Source: a virus (lineage: Duplodnaviria; Caudoviricetes). Taken from it: a stretch of DNA of 64,000 nt. The position numbers were made by a program, and so were the translations under genes. Positions 62,292 to 64,000 of the stretch are shown one piece after another. Location of the stretch: IMG/VR virus record IMGVR_UViG_3300033072_000537, positions 27,573 to 91,572 of that record; one strand, 5' to 3'. Within the stretch, counting starts at the first letter, position 1; each line of letters opens with the position of its first letter. The notes under the pieces were generated by a model. The model made no database searches and was not told the origin of the DNA. It was given only the letters and a program-made list of their open reading frames with translations.

Positions 62292-62896
62292 TGCGCTGGC
62301 TCTGGCTGCCGATCCTGTTTGCCTGGTCGTCGCTCTCTGCTGCGGCCAGCTCGCTGCCGGAGGCGGCGCTCAAGTATCGCAGTGTGCTCGTCCGCGAGGC
62401 GCAGTTCGTTTTCGGGCTGAACGCGCCTGTTCCGATGCTCGCCGGCCAGATCATGCAGGAGAGCGCGTGGCGTCCCGGCGTCACGGCCTGGGACAACGGG
62501 CGCGGGCTGGCTCAGTTCATGGATGCAACGGCGGACACCATCGTTCGCCTTTATCCAGAGCTCGAACAGCCGGAGCCATACAACCCCGTGTGGGCCATCC
62601 GCGCGATGGTCCGCTACGACAAGTGGCTGGGTGACCGTGTCCAGCAAGAGACTGAGTGCGACCGCTGGGGGGCTGCGCTCAAGGCCTACAATGCAGGCCT
62701 TGGGTACGTTCAGCGGGCGCAACGCGCGTCCCGTCGACCGGGGAAGTGGTTCGGCCTGACCGAGCATATCCAGACCCGGCAATCTCAGAAAAACTTCGAG
62801 TATTCGCGGCTCTATCCTCGTTGGATTCTTCTCAAGCACCAGCCGAAGTTCGCCGGCTGGGGGCTGCGGATGTGTGACACAACCATTCCTGAATAG
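62291..62896 (+). CDS. SLT lytic transglycosylase (endolysin) with N-terminal signal peptide
   Basis: QESAW, GLAQFM, AYNAG; MRWLWLPILFAWSSLSAAAS. Confidence 0.88.
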   Translation: MRWLWLPILFAWSSLSAAASSLPEAALKYRSVLVREAQFVFGLNAPVPMLAGQIMQESAWRPGVTAWDNGRGLAQFMDATADTIVRLYPELEQPEPYNPVWAIRAMVRYDKWLGDRVQQETECDRWGAALKAYNAGLGYVQRAQRASRRPGKWFGLTEHIQTRQSQKNFEYSRLYPRWILLKHQPKFAGWGLRMCDTTIPE

Positions 62897-62903
62897 GCAA
62901 ACA

Positions 62904-63317
62904 ATGACCCGCCCTGCTTCTCCTACTGATTTCAATGTCGAGGTCCAAGGCCTCGGCACCTTCGTATTCGGCCGCCGTACCGGGCGCGACCGGTTCAGAA
63001 TCGCTGCCGAGTATCACCGGCTAACCGAAGGCATGGATGTCGCCGATGTCGAGCTCGGACTGGCTGCCGAGGCGATGGCGACCGTGCGCACTCTGCTGGT
63101 GGATGGGCCGGACGAAATCAAAGCCATGACTGACCTTGAGGCACCGGCAGACCCGGACCCCGAAGCCGACGCCAAGCTGCTGCGCGTGTTCTTCGCGCTG
63201 CGGCAAAAGGAGTTGTCTTTTCGACCGAGAAAGGGAGCGAACGGCCAAGGCGCGGGGCAAGAAGATGGCGACCAGCCTGGAGTTCTGGTTCCGCCGGAAG
63301 TACAGCCTGCCGCCTAG
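62904..63317 (+). CDS. Tail assembly chaperone (G-like)
   Basis: Between tube and tape measure; overlapped by a +1 frame ORF. Confidence 0.75.
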   Translation: MTRPASPTDFNVEVQGLGTFVFGRRTGRDRFRIAAEYHRLTEGMDVADVELGLAAEAMATVRTLLVDGPDEIKAMTDLEAPADPDPEADAKLLRVFFALRQKELSFRPRKGANGQGAGQEDGDQPGVLVPPEVQPAA

Positions 63318-63498
63318 TGATCCGCGATTTTTGGCCCTGACGACCGAGGATATAGAGGCAGAATATTGGGCCTGGTATTACGCCGAACACAGCAACGGCG
63401 AAGAAGTCGAGGATGACGATTTCGATCTCGACGAAGAGATTGCTCGAATGAACAACGACGATTGGGAAGAGGTGAATTTTGACCGGTCCGCAGATTGA
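63220..63498 (+). CDS. Tail assembly chaperone frameshift extension (T-like)
   Basis: +1 frame FDRERE…FWFRRKYSLPPSDPRFL… following TCT TTT CGA. Confidence 0.65.
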   Translation, partial: FDRERERTAKARGKKMATSLEFWFRRKYSLPPSDPRFLALTTEDIEAEYWAWYYAEHSNGEEVEDDDFDLDEEIARMNNDDWEEVNFDRSAD

Positions 63499-64000
63499 TA
63501 TTCAGGCTCAGACGCAGTCTGCCGAGGCCGCGATTCGCCGGCTGACCGACGCTTTCAATCGTCTGGGGCAGGCTGCTGCTGGTGTTACCCGCACGAAGTT
63601 CCAGCTCATCAACCCCGAGGAGCTGGGCCAGCTTTCGGAGTTGGAGGAGAAGCTCCGGCAGGTCATGCAGATGCACCCGTCTATCCGGAGTGCGGTGCAG
63701 GCGAGCAACCAGAATCCAGCGACGCCGGGTTCTATCAACTGGGCAAACGTCCCGCTCACGCCGGGGCAGACGCGCACGCTGATGGGGCACCTGTCTGGCG
63801 GTGCCAATCGCTTCGTCTCCGGGGATGACCCGCAGCAGGCAAGCCGCATCGGCGAGTCCATCGCCCGTGCCTTTGGTCGCTTCTTCGGCGGTATGGTCGG
63901 TGGCGTCGGCCAGGTTGGCAGCGCTGCTGCTAACGGGGCCGTTGGCGGTGCCGGTGGTTTTAGCGGCATGGGCCTCCTGCGCGGCGGCCTGCTTGGCGCA
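63479..64000 (+). CDS. Tape measure protein, N-terminal part (runs off window)
   Basis: GAGGT RBS + TTG; open to the end; Ala/Gly-rich MTGPQIDIQAQTQSAEAAIRRL…. Confidence 0.75.
   Translation, partial: MTGPQIDIQAQTQSAEAAIRRLTDAFNRLGQAAAGVTRTKFQLINPEELGQLSELEEKLRQVMQMHPSIRSAVQASNQNPATPGSINWANVPLTPGQTRTLMGHLSGGANRFVSGDDPQQASRIGESIARAFGRFFGGMVGGVGQVGSAAANGAVGGAGGFSGMGLLRGGLLGA

Noticed and set aside
1-64000. Genome-wide stop-codon reassignment, DGR, or prophage boundaries
   Set aside because: TGA, TAA and TAG all end genes normally with only one internal TGA seen; no reverse transcriptase, TR/VR pair, integrase or host genes in the window

Overview
The whole window is part of a tailed-phage genome (contractile tail, GC-rich, plausibly infecting a proteobacterium). 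No host chromosomal genes, integrase or att site are visible. From left to right it contains: (i) an early/replication region with a helicase C-terminus, HU, ACP, SSB, dUTPase, RdgC, a beta-clamp-like protein, VRR-NUC, a primase-helicase and an ori-like element; (ii) a packaging region with a putative TerS, a gpA-type TerL and portal, interrupted by early-type gene cassettes, one encoding a Tad2/DUF2829 protein; (iii) a ~24 kb 'head cargo' region with a zeta-toxin protein, MuF/gp7, an InPase polyvalent protein, a DarB-like MTase-SNF2, a second SNF2 helicase, homing endonucleases, a ~1 kb structured RNA unit with tRNA-Thr and a second ori-like element; (iv) protease, scaffold, capsid, fibre, neck, sheath and tube genes, holin/SLT, a tail chaperone pair and the start of the tape measure. 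The most notable signal is a shared peptide tag, [IV][LVI]F[LF]K-[SAG] plus M/LxK-[SA] repeats, often followed by a 'HV..YT[RK]KDG..V..H' hairpin. It occurs on five otherwise unrelated enzymes, and related K-S/A motifs occur on scaffold, protease, portal and capsid. I infer a capsid-loading/protease-maturation code, which one homing endonuclease appears to have acquired. Other notable items are a capsid N-arm mimic inside the protease, 12 CGTGAC-N2-YANNNT late promoters, a 16-bp palindromic operator in early promoters, a duplicated RY-tract ori-like element, and a +1 frameshift site in the tail chaperone. All protein calls come from motif recognition by eye; no database searches were run.
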